Shown here: one piece after another, positions 10,407-19,840 of the stretch | Numbering within the stretch: the first letter of the stretch is position 1 | Layout of the letters: every line of letters begins with the position of its first letter | DNA from: Chloroflexota bacterium | GTDB lineage: Bacteria > Chloroflexota > UBA11872 > VXNJ01 | DNA: 64,000 nt | Direction: 5' to 3' | NCBI GenBank assembly: GCA_965218195.1 | Contig: OZ244593.1 | Coordinates: 436,873 to 500,872 of the forward strand | Made by a program: the position numbers and the translations under genes | Notes under the pieces: model-generated | Seen by the model: only the letters and a program-made list of their open reading frames with translations | Database searches by the model: none | Told to the model about the DNA's origin: nothing

Positions 10407-11054
10407 TCAGGCGCCGAAGCGTCCCGCTCTTGCGCGGCCGAAATGGGGCACCACCGCGCCCGCTCGTTCCCGCATTCCGTTCGACGGACACGAGCTGCAA
10501 CTTCCGCCGCCGCAGCCCGAGTCCGGTCCCAGTTCCTTGGGCGCGCCAAGATTCCGCAGCGCAAGCCCGGCGCCGTATTTCGGCGTCAGCCGCTCTCGAA
10601 TCCGGGTGTCGGATATCTTTACGCCCGACCTGAACTTGATTCGCAGCGCGCCGCCGTCGTAGCGATAGTCGGCCCGGACGGCGCTCACCTGCACCCCCTC
10701 CGCCGCGGCCGCGTGGAAGAAGTCCCGCCGGACCTCCACTTCACGGACCACGAAATCGCGCATCGATTCGAGATCGGCGCTGTTCGCTTTACGGACGACG
10801 TACCTGCTCTGTGTTTTCGACTCCGGGGAGCCGTTTGTCGTGCCCAGCGTTACTTTCGCCAGCTCGGGACCAAGCGCCGTTTGAACCACCGCGTAATCGC
10901 CCGGTCGGAGTGATTGGCTCCGGGCGTCGCAGAGCAACATGCGCCGGCTTCGCCGGAACCGCACCCCGCACACCAGCTTGACGTCGCCTGGAACGCCGTC
11001 CGGCAGCGACAGCGTGGGTTTGTCGATAAGGGCTTGTTGAGGCGTGCTGATCAT
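10407..11054 (-). CDS. PSP1 domain protein (RicT/YaaT-like), atypical C-terminus
   Basis: N-terminal 'VCGVRFRRSRRMLLCD...PGDYAVVQTALGPELAKV' and central 'YRYDGGALRIKFRSG' align to the PSP1/RicT family (B. subtilis YaaT sequence recalled from memory); Cys-rich tail 'CGGGSCSSC' is shorter than the canonical 4-Cys end, so possibly frameshifted. Confidence 0.45.
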   Translation of the reverse strand: MISTPQQALIDKPTLSLPDGVPGDVKLVCGVRFRRSRRMLLCDARSQSLRPGDYAVVQTALGPELAKVTLGTTNGSPESKTQSRYVVRKANSADLESMRDFVVREVEVRRDFFHAAAAEGVQVSAVRADYRYDGGALRIKFRSGVKISDTRIRERLTPKYGAGLALRNLGAPKELGPDSGCGGGSCSSCPSNGMRERAGAVVPHFGRARAGRFGA

Positions 11055-11222
11055 TTGTAAGAATTCTAGATCATCCGGCCGGCCGATCCGAGCGCGCAGC
11101 CGTCTCCCTTAGTCTGAAGGTCCGTCTCGCTGTGATACGATTCGTCTCACCGTCGACCAACGATCTGGCTTCTTCCGAAACGTGTGTCGGGCTGGTCTTC
11201 GACACGCAAATCCGCGCTATCG

Positions 11223-11298
11223 GGGCCCATAGCTCAGTGGTTAGAGCGGCCGGCTCATAACCGGTTGGTCCCTGGTTCGAATCCAGGTGGGCCCACCA
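11223..11298 (+). tRNA. tRNA-Met/Ile2 (anticodon CAT)
   Basis: cloverleaf folded by hand: acceptor GGGCCCA/TGGGCCC, D-arm GCTC..GAGC, anticodon loop CTCATAA, T-loop TTCGAAT, CCA encoded. Confidence 0.85.
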
Positions 11299-11362
11299 GC
11301 TACACAAAATCAAGAACTTTCACTTTGAGGTTCGGGTTGACGCTGTAAGCGGGAGGCTTGGT

Positions 11363-12493
11363 ATGGCCGAGCGCATATACACCAGAGCTAGGGATGGGGG
11401 GCTTGAGCCGCTCGAAGAGGAGCCCTTCTCGACCGAGGACGAGCTCCAGGCGCTGATTGCCGAACATCCGGAGCTGCTCGACGGAGAGCAGATGCGGCCG
11501 GGCGACCCGCGACGCTGGATCCTCATCACTCGCGAGAAGGGAATCGCCGAAACTTCCGACGCGGCCGCTCGGTGGGCTATTGATCACCTGATCGTTGACC
11601 AGGACGCAGTGCCAACACTGGTCGAAGTGAAGCGTGGTTCGAGTCCCGAAATCCGCCGCACTATCGTCGGGCAGATGCTGGAATATGCAGCGCACGCTGC
11701 GCAGACCTGGACGGCAGACGAGCTTCGCCAAACTTTCGAGGAGTCAACCAAAGCGCAGCGCCTTGACCCTGGTGAAGTGTTTGGGAAGCTGCTACAGGCG
11801 GACGGAGAATCGGATGCCGACGGTTTCTGGCAGAACGTGGCCACAAACCTCACCGCGAGACGTCTCCGTCTCCTGTTCGTCGCGGACGACATACCAGATC
11901 CCCTCGAACGAGTCGTGGAGTTCCTCAACGCCCAGATGCCCAGCGTCGAGGTGCTCGCGGTGGAGATCAAACAGTTTCGGGGCAAGTCGACGCAGACGCT
12001 CGTTCCGCGTGTCCTTGGAAGGACCGCCAACTCGCCCCCTCCGAACCCGAAGCTAACACGAAAGTTGTTCCTGGACGAGTTTACCGGCGACGAACGGAAT
12101 GCCGCGACCCGGCTCCTCGACGTGGCCCAGGAGTCTGGAGCCACCTTCGAATGGGGGCCGAGCGGTGTCAGCGTCCGAGGTCAATGTTCGCGCTGGCAGC
12201 ATCCGATCACCGTTGCCTGGCTCTACCCGCCGTCGAAGGCGGGGATGGGCTGGATGCGAACCAGAGACTTCACGTTTGGGGCAGGCATACTTGACTACGA
12301 TCCAGGGCCAGAGGAAGAACTACGCACCATCCTTCGTCGGTGGGTAGACGGTTTTTGCGACGATCCGTTCACTACAAATGCTTCAAGCAAGGGGGTCGCC
12401 GCGTGGTCGGTTGATTATGACGCGGCGGCTCGGAACATCGACACGTTGGTGGACCGCCTCACCAAGGTCCTCTCAGAGCTGAAGTCGCTGTGA
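11363..12493 (+). CDS. hypothetical protein with N-terminal PD-(D/E)xK nuclease-like motif
   Basis: 376 aa; GGGAGG SD upstream; 'IDHLIVDQD...TLVEVKRG' fits the D...(D/E)xK restriction-endonuclease fold; sits 65 nt after the tRNA. Confidence 0.6.
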   Translation: MAERIYTRARDGGLEPLEEEPFSTEDELQALIAEHPELLDGEQMRPGDPRRWILITREKGIAETSDAAARWAIDHLIVDQDAVPTLVEVKRGSSPEIRRTIVGQMLEYAAHAAQTWTADELRQTFEESTKAQRLDPGEVFGKLLQADGESDADGFWQNVATNLTARRLRLLFVADDIPDPLERVVEFLNAQMPSVEVLAVEIKQFRGKSTQTLVPRVLGRTANSPPPNPKLTRKLFLDEFTGDERNAATRLLDVAQESGATFEWGPSGVSVRGQCSRWQHPITVAWLYPPSKAGMGWMRTRDFTFGAGILDYDPGPEEELRTILRRWVDGFCDDPFTTNASSKGVAAWSVDYDAAARNIDTLVDRLTKVLSELKSL

Positions 12494-12616
12494 AATGGCA
12501 TACACGCCGCGTCTGGGCAGCCGCGAGACTGGCGGTGTCCCTCCGATAAGGGCGCGACCAGCCGAACTGCCAGAAACCAGCGCTCCCGACAGCTTTTTAG
12601 TACGTGTCCTTCTATC

Positions 12617-12687
12617 TCCACGTTCGGCTTATGGACCAGCTTGCTAAGGGCCGCTGGGTAGAATATGGCGGTCCCAACCTCCCAGCG
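12617..12687. repeat. ~70-nt conserved element, copy A (second copy at 19724..19792)
   Basis: about 85% identical to 19724-19792; core TTAGAATATGRCRGTCCCAACYTCCCAGCG. Confidence 0.5.
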
Positions 12688-12689
12688 CT

Positions 12690-13835
12690 TCAGGTGCTTG
12701 ACTCGAAGCGGCTCAGGCGCAGTAGCGAGATGTCATGGCCCGTCTCTCCCCGTGTGGCCAGGTCGGCCATGATCTCGCCCACAACGCTGCAGAACTTGAA
12801 TCCGTGGCCTGAGAACCCTGCCGCAAAGAAGACATTTGGCGAGCCGGGCAGGGCGTCGATGATGAAGTGCTCGTCAGGCGTGTTCGTGAACATGCAGGTC
12901 TTCAGGGCCACCGTCGGTCCGTTTGCGTCGGGAAAGTAGCGGGCCACGGCCTGCCGCAATACCGCCTCATCCTCATCGCGGCAGTCTCTGTCCAGGTCCT
13001 CGGCGGTCGTGGCTTCATTCAGGTGATGGAACTTGCCGATCTTGAACCCTGGGATGCCGAACACGGGGAAGGAATAGTACAGCCCTTCCTCGAAGTCACC
13101 CATCACGACCGGCCAGTTGCCGAGCGCAAAGAGCTGCGGACGCAGCGGCTGGAACCAGCCCATGACCTGGCGCTCAGGTACGAGCAGGTGGTTCAGGGAT
13201 GGCAATAGCGGCCCTGCCCAGGCGCCGGCGGTGATGACCAACGCCCCTGCGTCGTACGATCCGCGGGTGGTCTCGACGCGCACGGTGTTCCCAGCGCAGT
13301 TCCATTCCAGCACGGTCTCGCGGGCCCTAATTTCGCCGCCGCGCTCCAACGCGGCGAAAACGTGGTTGACTATGCACCGCTCGGACAGCAGGAACCCCCC
13401 GTCGGGCTGATATACGCCCATCCAATTCTCCGGGAACCGGCAACCGGGGAACCGCCTGGTCAGCTCGGCGCTGGTGAGCGGCTCGTGCGGCAAATCGTGC
13501 TCCAGACAGGAGCGCAAAGAGCCGGCAAACACCCTGCCGTCCTCACTGCCCGCATCCACCGATCCGGTGATGTACAGCAGTTTCTCGCCGCTGGCGGACT
13601 CTAGCTGGCGCCAACGCTCGTACGAGCGTCGCAGTAGCGGCACGTAAGACGGGTCCTCGTAGTAGGCCAGCCGGATAATGCGGTTTAGGCCGTGAGACGA
13701 TCCGAAATCGTTCGGTATGTCGAAACGTTCGAGGCCCAGCACGCGCAGGCCGCGGCTTGCGAGCTCGTACAGCGTCGCCGAACCCATTCCCCCGACGCCT
13801 ACGACGATTACGTCGTATGTACCGTGCGTCCTCAA
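12690..13835 (-). CDS. solA: FAD-dependent N-methyl-L-tryptophan/sarcosine oxidase (MSOX family)
   Basis: 381 aa; 'YDVIVVGVGGMGSATLYELA' dinucleotide fold; C-terminal 'GFSGHGFKF' (covalent-FAD Cys region) typical of the MSOX/MTOX family. Confidence 0.75.
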   Translation of the reverse strand: MRTHGTYDVIVVGVGGMGSATLYELASRGLRVLGLERFDIPNDFGSSHGLNRIIRLAYYEDPSYVPLLRRSYERWRQLESASGEKLLYITGSVDAGSEDGRVFAGSLRSCLEHDLPHEPLTSAELTRRFPGCRFPENWMGVYQPDGGFLLSERCIVNHVFAALERGGEIRARETVLEWNCAGNTVRVETTRGSYDAGALVITAGAWAGPLLPSLNHLLVPERQVMGWFQPLRPQLFALGNWPVVMGDFEEGLYYSFPVFGIPGFKIGKFHHLNEATTAEDLDRDCRDEDEAVLRQAVARYFPDANGPTVALKTCMFTNTPDEHFIIDALPGSPNVFFAAGFSGHGFKFCSVVGEIMADLATRGETGHDISLLRLSRFESST

Positions 13836-14075
13836 TCCAGTTTCCGGCCTTGCTTCGTCGACGACTCACCCACTGGCGGAGGCAGACCGCGCGCTGATCG
13901 CCGACAGTCGAATCGCGCGGCCCTCAGGATGTTGTCTATATTGATCCCACCAACCGGAAAGTTCGCACTACAGCCCTCTCAGGCCAACCAGACTAGACGA
14001 AACCAGGAACCCTATGAAGCCGGGGAGTTCGGGGGAAACTGTCTAGGAAGGCGTTTGGGCTGAGAGGATTTCGCT

Positions 14076-15755
14076 TCAGGACGAAAGGCAGGTGGAGTTT
14101 GGCGCCCCGCCAAGACGGCGGATCATGCCGTCTCGTTTGTTGAGCAGGAATACTTGGCCGTCGGGGCCGACGCCAAACCGCAAGTCCGCACGCAAGAGCT
14201 CCGGCAGCCCCAGCCGGTGTCTGGTTTCCTGCACCAACTGGAGCAGCGTCTTCGTCTGACCTTCGTGATTGAACAACACCCGGCGAATTTTGTCCTGCCC
14301 GCCATCGTGTGGCTCGTCGACCTGGACGTAGAACACCTCACCGCTGACGATGTCGCCGAACAGCAGCTTGTCCTTGAGCTCTGGAATCGCATCTTCCCGG
14401 TAGACCATGATGCCGGTGATGGCGACCGCCGCTTTAAATACGGGATCCTCATGGTCGAACTCGACAATGGGATACGTTACGCTGGGGTCGCCGCGTGGAT
14501 CGTCGAGATCGACCGGGTACCCGGTCGGGATCCGCGTCGGGTGAAACCGGAAGCTTCCCTCCCACCTGTTCCAACCGAGGTTGGCGCCCGGCGAGACAAT
14601 GCTGATCTCCTCCATGACTTCTTGACCAATGTCGGTGACGAACAGATCGCCGGTTTGGGAGTCCCAGCCGAAGCGTTGTGGGTTGCGCAATCCGTAGGCG
14701 TAGATTTCGCCAAGCCGGCCGGGCTTGCCGACAAACGGATTGTCCTCCGGGACGCCGTACCGGCCGTTGGCGCTGTTGGAGCCGAGCGGGTCGATGCGCA
14801 GGACCTTGCCATAGATATAGCTGAGGTTTAGCGCTTGGCCGTACGGAGCGCCGGGTAATCCACCGTCGCCTGTGCTGACATAGAGTTTGCCGAAATCGGG
14901 GTCTCCCGGCGCGGCGTTCGGGTTGAAGGCGATCTGCCCGCCGTTGTGATATCTGTGCGGTTGCTGGATGCGGATGAGTTCGCGCGGCGGGCCGCCGTCG
15001 TAGGCCACGGCCGCGGGGTCCAGAGCCGTCCACTCCAGTAGGACCGTGTCAAAATGATCGAGAGTTTGATTCCAGGGCGTGAAGTCCGCCTTGGGGGCTT
15101 TGTTGCTCGTCTCCACAAGTGTGTAGAACTTGCCGAACCCGGGCGTTCCGGACTGGTTGAACTGCGGATGAAAGGCAAAGCTCCCGAACCCCCAGTCGCG
15201 CCCCTTTTTATAGAAAACGGAATCGAGGTTCCACTCGGGGGCGCTCATATCGACGTACAATTTCACTGTCTGGCCGTCATAGCTGACACTGTGGAGCGGG
15301 CCGCGCAAGTCGTTCACGAACAGACGGCACGTGCCGGGCTCGTCGACGATCAGCATCATGAAAGCCGGCCCTCCGGCCGACTTGTCGCTGGATTCCGGAT
15401 CGCCCGAATCAGGCAGGCGTGCGAAGTCGGTGATCGCGACCTCGACGATGCCGTCCGTTTGTTGTATGGGATCGGGCAACGGATCCATGGAGAGGTTCGG
15501 AGGCAGCGTGGGCGTGGGAGTAGCCGCCGGTGTGGAGGTCGCCATGGGCGTCGGTGTCGATTCCGGTACCGGAACGTCGTCGCACGACCACAGTAAAGCA
15601 ACGGCTAAGCACGTCAAGCAAAGCGTGGTGCCAATAGTGGCTGGCCTGTCGTAACGGCGCGACCAGGCGAACTTCAAAATACCAACGTTTAAACAGGTTA
15701 TAGAGCAGTACGAGCCGTCAGAAGTGTACCCCGCCTGACCTGCCCCGGGACCCAT
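14076..15755 (-). CDS. PQQ-dependent sugar dehydrogenase (soluble glucose/sorbosone dehydrogenase family), secreted, with Pro/Thr linker
   Basis: 559 aa; N-terminal TM/signal then 'TPTPMATSTPAATPTPTLPP'; beta-propeller motifs 'GLRNPQRFGWD', 'GANLGWNRWEG'. Confidence 0.7.
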   Translation of the reverse strand: MGPGAGQAGYTSDGSYCSITCLNVGILKFAWSRRYDRPATIGTTLCLTCLAVALLWSCDDVPVPESTPTPMATSTPAATPTPTLPPNLSMDPLPDPIQQTDGIVEVAITDFARLPDSGDPESSDKSAGGPAFMMLIVDEPGTCRLFVNDLRGPLHSVSYDGQTVKLYVDMSAPEWNLDSVFYKKGRDWGFGSFAFHPQFNQSGTPGFGKFYTLVETSNKAPKADFTPWNQTLDHFDTVLLEWTALDPAAVAYDGGPPRELIRIQQPHRYHNGGQIAFNPNAAPGDPDFGKLYVSTGDGGLPGAPYGQALNLSYIYGKVLRIDPLGSNSANGRYGVPEDNPFVGKPGRLGEIYAYGLRNPQRFGWDSQTGDLFVTDIGQEVMEEISIVSPGANLGWNRWEGSFRFHPTRIPTGYPVDLDDPRGDPSVTYPIVEFDHEDPVFKAAVAITGIMVYREDAIPELKDKLLFGDIVSGEVFYVQVDEPHDGGQDKIRRVLFNHEGQTKTLLQLVQETRHRLGLPELLRADLRFGVGPDGQVFLLNKRDGMIRRLGGAPNSTCLSS

Positions 15756-15905
15756 GTCCAGGAGGACGCGGGCGGCTAGGAGACCAAGGATATGACGGTC
15801 GCCTCGCGCGTAGTCCCCGGGGTTGCTGCTCCGACCGGCGGAGCTCGCTACGCCAGCGGGCGACGGATTGCGCGCGGGAGAAGTCGGCTTGAAACGTAGA
15901 CGGCC

Positions 15906-17507
15906 TCAGTTCCGTTCTCTTAGACGGTACAACGTGTTTCCTGACACTTCATCGAGAATCTCATACTCCGTGTCTACGAAATCGAAGAAACGCTTGAATG
16001 CGTCCGGTTCGTGCAGATATCTCTTGTCGGTAGGTCGCCAACCCTTACGCGCCACCGGGTCCAGCGGCGATAATCGCCAGTTCTTGGTGTCCACGATTAT
16101 CGCCGGCCTGCTTTCGATGACGTCGTTAGTGAACTCGTTTCTATTTTTCAGATTCGCGTAGCCAGGTTTGACCAACGGGTATTGATAGAAGAATCGCGTA
16201 GGTGCGTCTCTTTGAGAAAGGGAATATATCTGTGGCTCGGCTCCCCATACTAGTATCGAATCGTCCGAAACCGTCTCCTCTCGGATGCGATCGGCGATAA
16301 GCCGGTCTTCGACCGATACAGTGATTTCGTCGACGTGAGCGTATTTATCGACCAGGCCGGCCACATGCCGGTAGGGGATCATGTAATACAGCACCCAAAG
16401 CAACAGTGCGGAGGAGAGCAGGATAGGCGCCACCAATCGTTGGTCGGTCAAAAACCGCACGAGAAACGCTATCAACACAGAGGAGACGGGGAGGATTGCG
16501 AGGTAATAGTGACCCCACTGAAAACCGGATAGCGCGATCAATACGACCTCGATCGGACCGAGAATCACAGCCAGCGGCAACAGATGTTCGAAAGTCCGTG
16601 ATCTCGTCCTGCCCGAGAGCCAATAGTAGAGACCCGCAATCCATGCCGCCGCAAGCGGTAATGAAATAATTACCAGTCTCCTCCTGATGTTCCCCAGGGC
16701 CTCTATTCTGTCCCAGAGCGAGGCGTCGACGTAAGCGAAGTTGTACGCGACCACGCTGTCCCAGAACGCACTCCACGCGCCAAAGATCGCGAACACAATT
16801 GAAACTGCGAGGAGGACTGCAATCCCTCCCAGGGTGGACCAGGCAATCCACCTCAAGGCAATGTCTCTTCGAATAATCCAGTACAGGCCTATGGCCAACC
16901 ACACGCCTATGAGGTTGCCCCTGAGAAGAAAGGCGCCGGCCCCTAGGGCGCCGATCGCCAAGGAGAGTCGGACCTCTCGCCCGCTCCCGCCAGTCAATTT
17001 GAAAAAGACGAGCAGCGCTACGAACTGGAAGAGCAGAGCGTAATGCTCCGTGAAATTCCCGCTGCCACTGAATTTGTTGACATAGATCAAGAATGTTGCA
17101 ACCGAAAAGAACCCGGCAGCGGCACCGAAGGCCTCTCTTGCGGTTTTGAATGCGAACCACGTTGAACCAAAGAGAAAGACCGCACCCGCCAGCCAGATAC
17201 CTGGAATTCCGGCGATGAGAAGACCGACAGCATAGAGCAGATATATCAGCGGTCCTTTATGATCCCAGCGATCGAGATAAGGTATCTCGCCGTCTAGCAA
17301 TCCCTCGGCAACGTAGATGAAGACATTCTGATCTCTCCCAGGCGTTGCGATCGTCGAGTCGACCGCTACAACCAACAGGACGGCGACTAAAACCGACCAG
17401 GCCCAGCTGAGGGCGGATTCGGCTTTGCAGCCAAGTAATTTGTCGGAAAAAGCTCTCGCCAAAAGTGACCTGCCCTCAAACCCGCGGACCGCCCTGCATG
17501 CTAGCAT
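15906..17507 (-). CDS. polytopic membrane glycosyltransferase-like protein (GT-C / ArnT-PMT-like)
   Basis: 533 aa, more than 10 TM helices; first-loop motif 'YVAEGLLDGEIPYLDRWDHKGP' resembles GT-C family acidic loop; C-terminal soluble domain. Confidence 0.5.
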   Translation of the reverse strand: MLACRAVRGFEGRSLLARAFSDKLLGCKAESALSWAWSVLVAVLLVVAVDSTIATPGRDQNVFIYVAEGLLDGEIPYLDRWDHKGPLIYLLYAVGLLIAGIPGIWLAGAVFLFGSTWFAFKTAREAFGAAAGFFSVATFLIYVNKFSGSGNFTEHYALLFQFVALLVFFKLTGGSGREVRLSLAIGALGAGAFLLRGNLIGVWLAIGLYWIIRRDIALRWIAWSTLGGIAVLLAVSIVFAIFGAWSAFWDSVVAYNFAYVDASLWDRIEALGNIRRRLVIISLPLAAAWIAGLYYWLSGRTRSRTFEHLLPLAVILGPIEVVLIALSGFQWGHYYLAILPVSSVLIAFLVRFLTDQRLVAPILLSSALLLWVLYYMIPYRHVAGLVDKYAHVDEITVSVEDRLIADRIREETVSDDSILVWGAEPQIYSLSQRDAPTRFFYQYPLVKPGYANLKNRNEFTNDVIESRPAIIVDTKNWRLSPLDPVARKGWRPTDKRYLHEPDAFKRFFDFVDTEYEILDEVSGNTLYRLRERN

Positions 17508-17692
17508 CGGCGATCTCTAGGGGTAGGTTCTGTAGAGGGTATGGTCGCTCGTACCGGCGACTTGTGGCAGGACGCAGTCACGATTCCCGTGCTGAGGATC
17601 AGAGCCTCCCAGACCGGTGACTTCTCCTATCAAGTCCACGAAGTGGCGTATAGATGGAGCCGGAAGTGACGTGACTGCTTCGCAACGGACTC

Positions 17693-19324
17693 ATGGGTAG
17701 TCGAGTGCGACGGCTAGCGGAACCCATTGGCCGTTTGCTGCTGCTGGGGGCGGTGGTGTTCTGGTGGGGCGCGGTCGTCGCTCCGCAGCTAGTAAGTCTG
17801 GCGTTTCCCTCGCTGCTTCCGTGGAGCGCCCTTCCGCGACATCTCAATCCGGATATCGAGGGGTCGCTGGCAAACGCGGTATCTGCCGCATCTTTCGCGG
17901 TAGTCGCACTTTTGGCTCTCGGAAATACCTCTCGCAGCCTCAGGATTCAAAACGCCCAGAAAAACTGGATTGCCGTGGGTGGTTGGGCGGCGCTGGCGGT
18001 GACAGCAGTGTATCTGACCGTAGATGAGACTGTCGATCCAAGAACCATGTCAGTCTTCGAAGGCCTGGGCCAAACCCCGTTCAGTGAGACCTACAAGAAG
18101 GATCTGTGGATCGTTGTGTTCAGCCCGCTGATTGTTGCTTTCGTTGTCGCGATGGGATTCTTCGTCTTAAGGGGATCGTTATCTCGTGCGGTGCGGGTCG
18201 TATTGATCCTCGGCTTCACTACTTGGTTGCTCGCTATCGTGCATGACGTGAGTTACATGCCGCTATTCGAAGGCATCGTTTCGAAGAGGGTAGGGAAATT
18301 GCTTGAAGAGACGCTTGAGTTCAGCGGCACCTTGCTAGTAGGACTGGGTGCGGCAATCTCCTTGTGGGGCCCGGAACCGGCATCTGACATGTTCCAGCGA
18401 CGGGGCCGGTTCACCTCGGCGGTTTGGTTACTCAACAAGTTCGCGATGGGCGCCGTCGCCATCGTCGCCTGCATTGTCGCGGTCGGCGTCCTAGTCCCGT
18501 ATCTCCACAAAACGCCGCTGGCCGACGCTCGCGCCGACACCAACATAGGTGCCTTTCAGATAATCCTGTACGACAAACACTCCCTCGTCCAGGAACTGGG
18601 CGTGCTTCCCGCACCTCCCTCCCGCTTGGATCTGCGCATTGCAAGCCGTGTCCCTCCGGATCGCCCGGGAAACCTCATATGGCGTGTGATCGAAGCGGGA
18701 GAAGGGGGTACCGGCAAAATATTCCGCGAGGGACGCAGGGAGATCCTCGCCAAGGATCACCTGACCTGGGAGACTATTGGATTTCCTCCGCCCGTCGAGG
18801 CCGAAGGCCATCCTTTGGCATTGCAACTCATAGCCGATGTCGGCCCAAGCGCCCATCTCCGGATTGGCGCGACAAAGACGAACCGGTACGAGGAAGGACG
18901 GCTCTGGGTTGACGGAGCACTGAGTTGGCCGGACCAAAACATCGAGTTCGTGGCCTACAGTGAGCCTGACCCAACCCGCAACAACCCCCAAGCAATGTGG
19001 CATATCTTTTTATCCGACTGGCGCTGGCCTGCTCTGGCCGCCGATCTGGCTATCGTTATGGCGCTGTTAATTTTTGTCCCGGCTCTGCTCATAATTGCCG
19101 CCGTTCCGCGGCGCGCGGCCGTGTTGGCCTTCGGGTTCACCTGGTCCATCCTACGCAGAAGACAGACCGCCCTCGGCGGCCTCTGCGAGGTGAATCCGAC
19201 CACGTTCGCCACTACGCCACAAAAAGAGAACGAAGTTCTCCGCCGAAAGCGCCAAGTTGGCAATCACGTTACTCGCCGGCGGGCGGACGAGAATGGAATC
19301 AAGTCTCAGTTGGCCTCGGTGTAG
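17693..19324 (+). CDS. hypothetical polytopic membrane protein
   Basis: 543 aa, multiple TM segments at both ends with central soluble domain; divergent from 15906..17507. Confidence 0.55.
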   Translation: MGSRVRRLAEPIGRLLLLGAVVFWWGAVVAPQLVSLAFPSLLPWSALPRHLNPDIEGSLANAVSAASFAVVALLALGNTSRSLRIQNAQKNWIAVGGWAALAVTAVYLTVDETVDPRTMSVFEGLGQTPFSETYKKDLWIVVFSPLIVAFVVAMGFFVLRGSLSRAVRVVLILGFTTWLLAIVHDVSYMPLFEGIVSKRVGKLLEETLEFSGTLLVGLGAAISLWGPEPASDMFQRRGRFTSAVWLLNKFAMGAVAIVACIVAVGVLVPYLHKTPLADARADTNIGAFQIILYDKHSLVQELGVLPAPPSRLDLRIASRVPPDRPGNLIWRVIEAGEGGTGKIFREGRREILAKDHLTWETIGFPPPVEAEGHPLALQLIADVGPSAHLRIGATKTNRYEEGRLWVDGALSWPDQNIEFVAYSEPDPTRNNPQAMWHIFLSDWRWPALAADLAIVMALLIFVPALLIIAAVPRRAAVLAFGFTWSILRRRQTALGGLCEVNPTTFATTPQKENEVLRRKRQVGNHVTRRRADENGIKSQLASV

Positions 19325-19394
19325 ACGCCTTGGCGAACGTTCGTAGGTCGCCTGCTGCGCCTAGAGCTCGATAACGCGCTGCAAGTCTAGCAAC

Positions 19395-19712
19395 GTGCTC
19401 CCCGAGATCGCCGTGCAAGATCAGTCGTACGCTAAAAATAGGATCAGTTTGAAAGCTCGGTCCGCAGTCCCCCGAACCGCCACGCCTGACTCCCCGCGAC
19501 CGGGGCGCGCGCTTCGCGCCCGCCGCATCGTCACGGTAGAAGGAAACGTGCTGGCGGGAGGGTTCAGCTTCGCTGTGCTCGAAGCCCTCTCCGAGGCCGG
19601 AATGGAGGACGCATCTGTCCACCGCATCGGGATGCGGAACTCTTTCATCGAGCACGGCACTGCGGCGGACCAGCGAAGTGAAGCCAGTCAGGGAATGGCG
19701 GCAAGCGCTTGA
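19395..19712 (+). pseudogene. 1-deoxy-D-xylulose-5-phosphate synthase / transketolase C-terminal fragment
   Basis: 'IVTVEGNVLAGGFSFAVLEALSEAGMEDASVHRIGMRNSFIEHG' matches DXS C-terminal domain (consensus recalled from memory); about 70 homologous aa only, N-terminal 550 aa absent. Confidence 0.55.
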
Positions 19713-19723
19713 CAGACCGCCGT

Positions 19724-19792
19724 CCCCGTTCGGCTTGTGGGCCAGCTTGCGAGGGGCTGACGGTTAGAATATGACAGTCCCAACTTCCCAGC
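19724..19792. repeat. ~70-nt conserved element, copy B
   Basis: see 12617..12687. Confidence 0.5.
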
Positions 19793-19840
19793 GTGGCGGC
19801 GGCGCTGGACTGAGCCGGTTACCGGCAGAGGACAAGCGTC

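Noticed and set aside
10323-10913. Several overlapping plus-strand ORFs (10323..10913, 10342..10662, 10388..10633)
   Set aside because: Antisense to the PSP1-like gene. They are Arg/Pro/Ser-rich with no SD.
11071-11313. 80-aa ORF on the minus strand overlapping tRNA-Met
   Set aside because: It runs antisense through the tRNA gene and has no coding signal.
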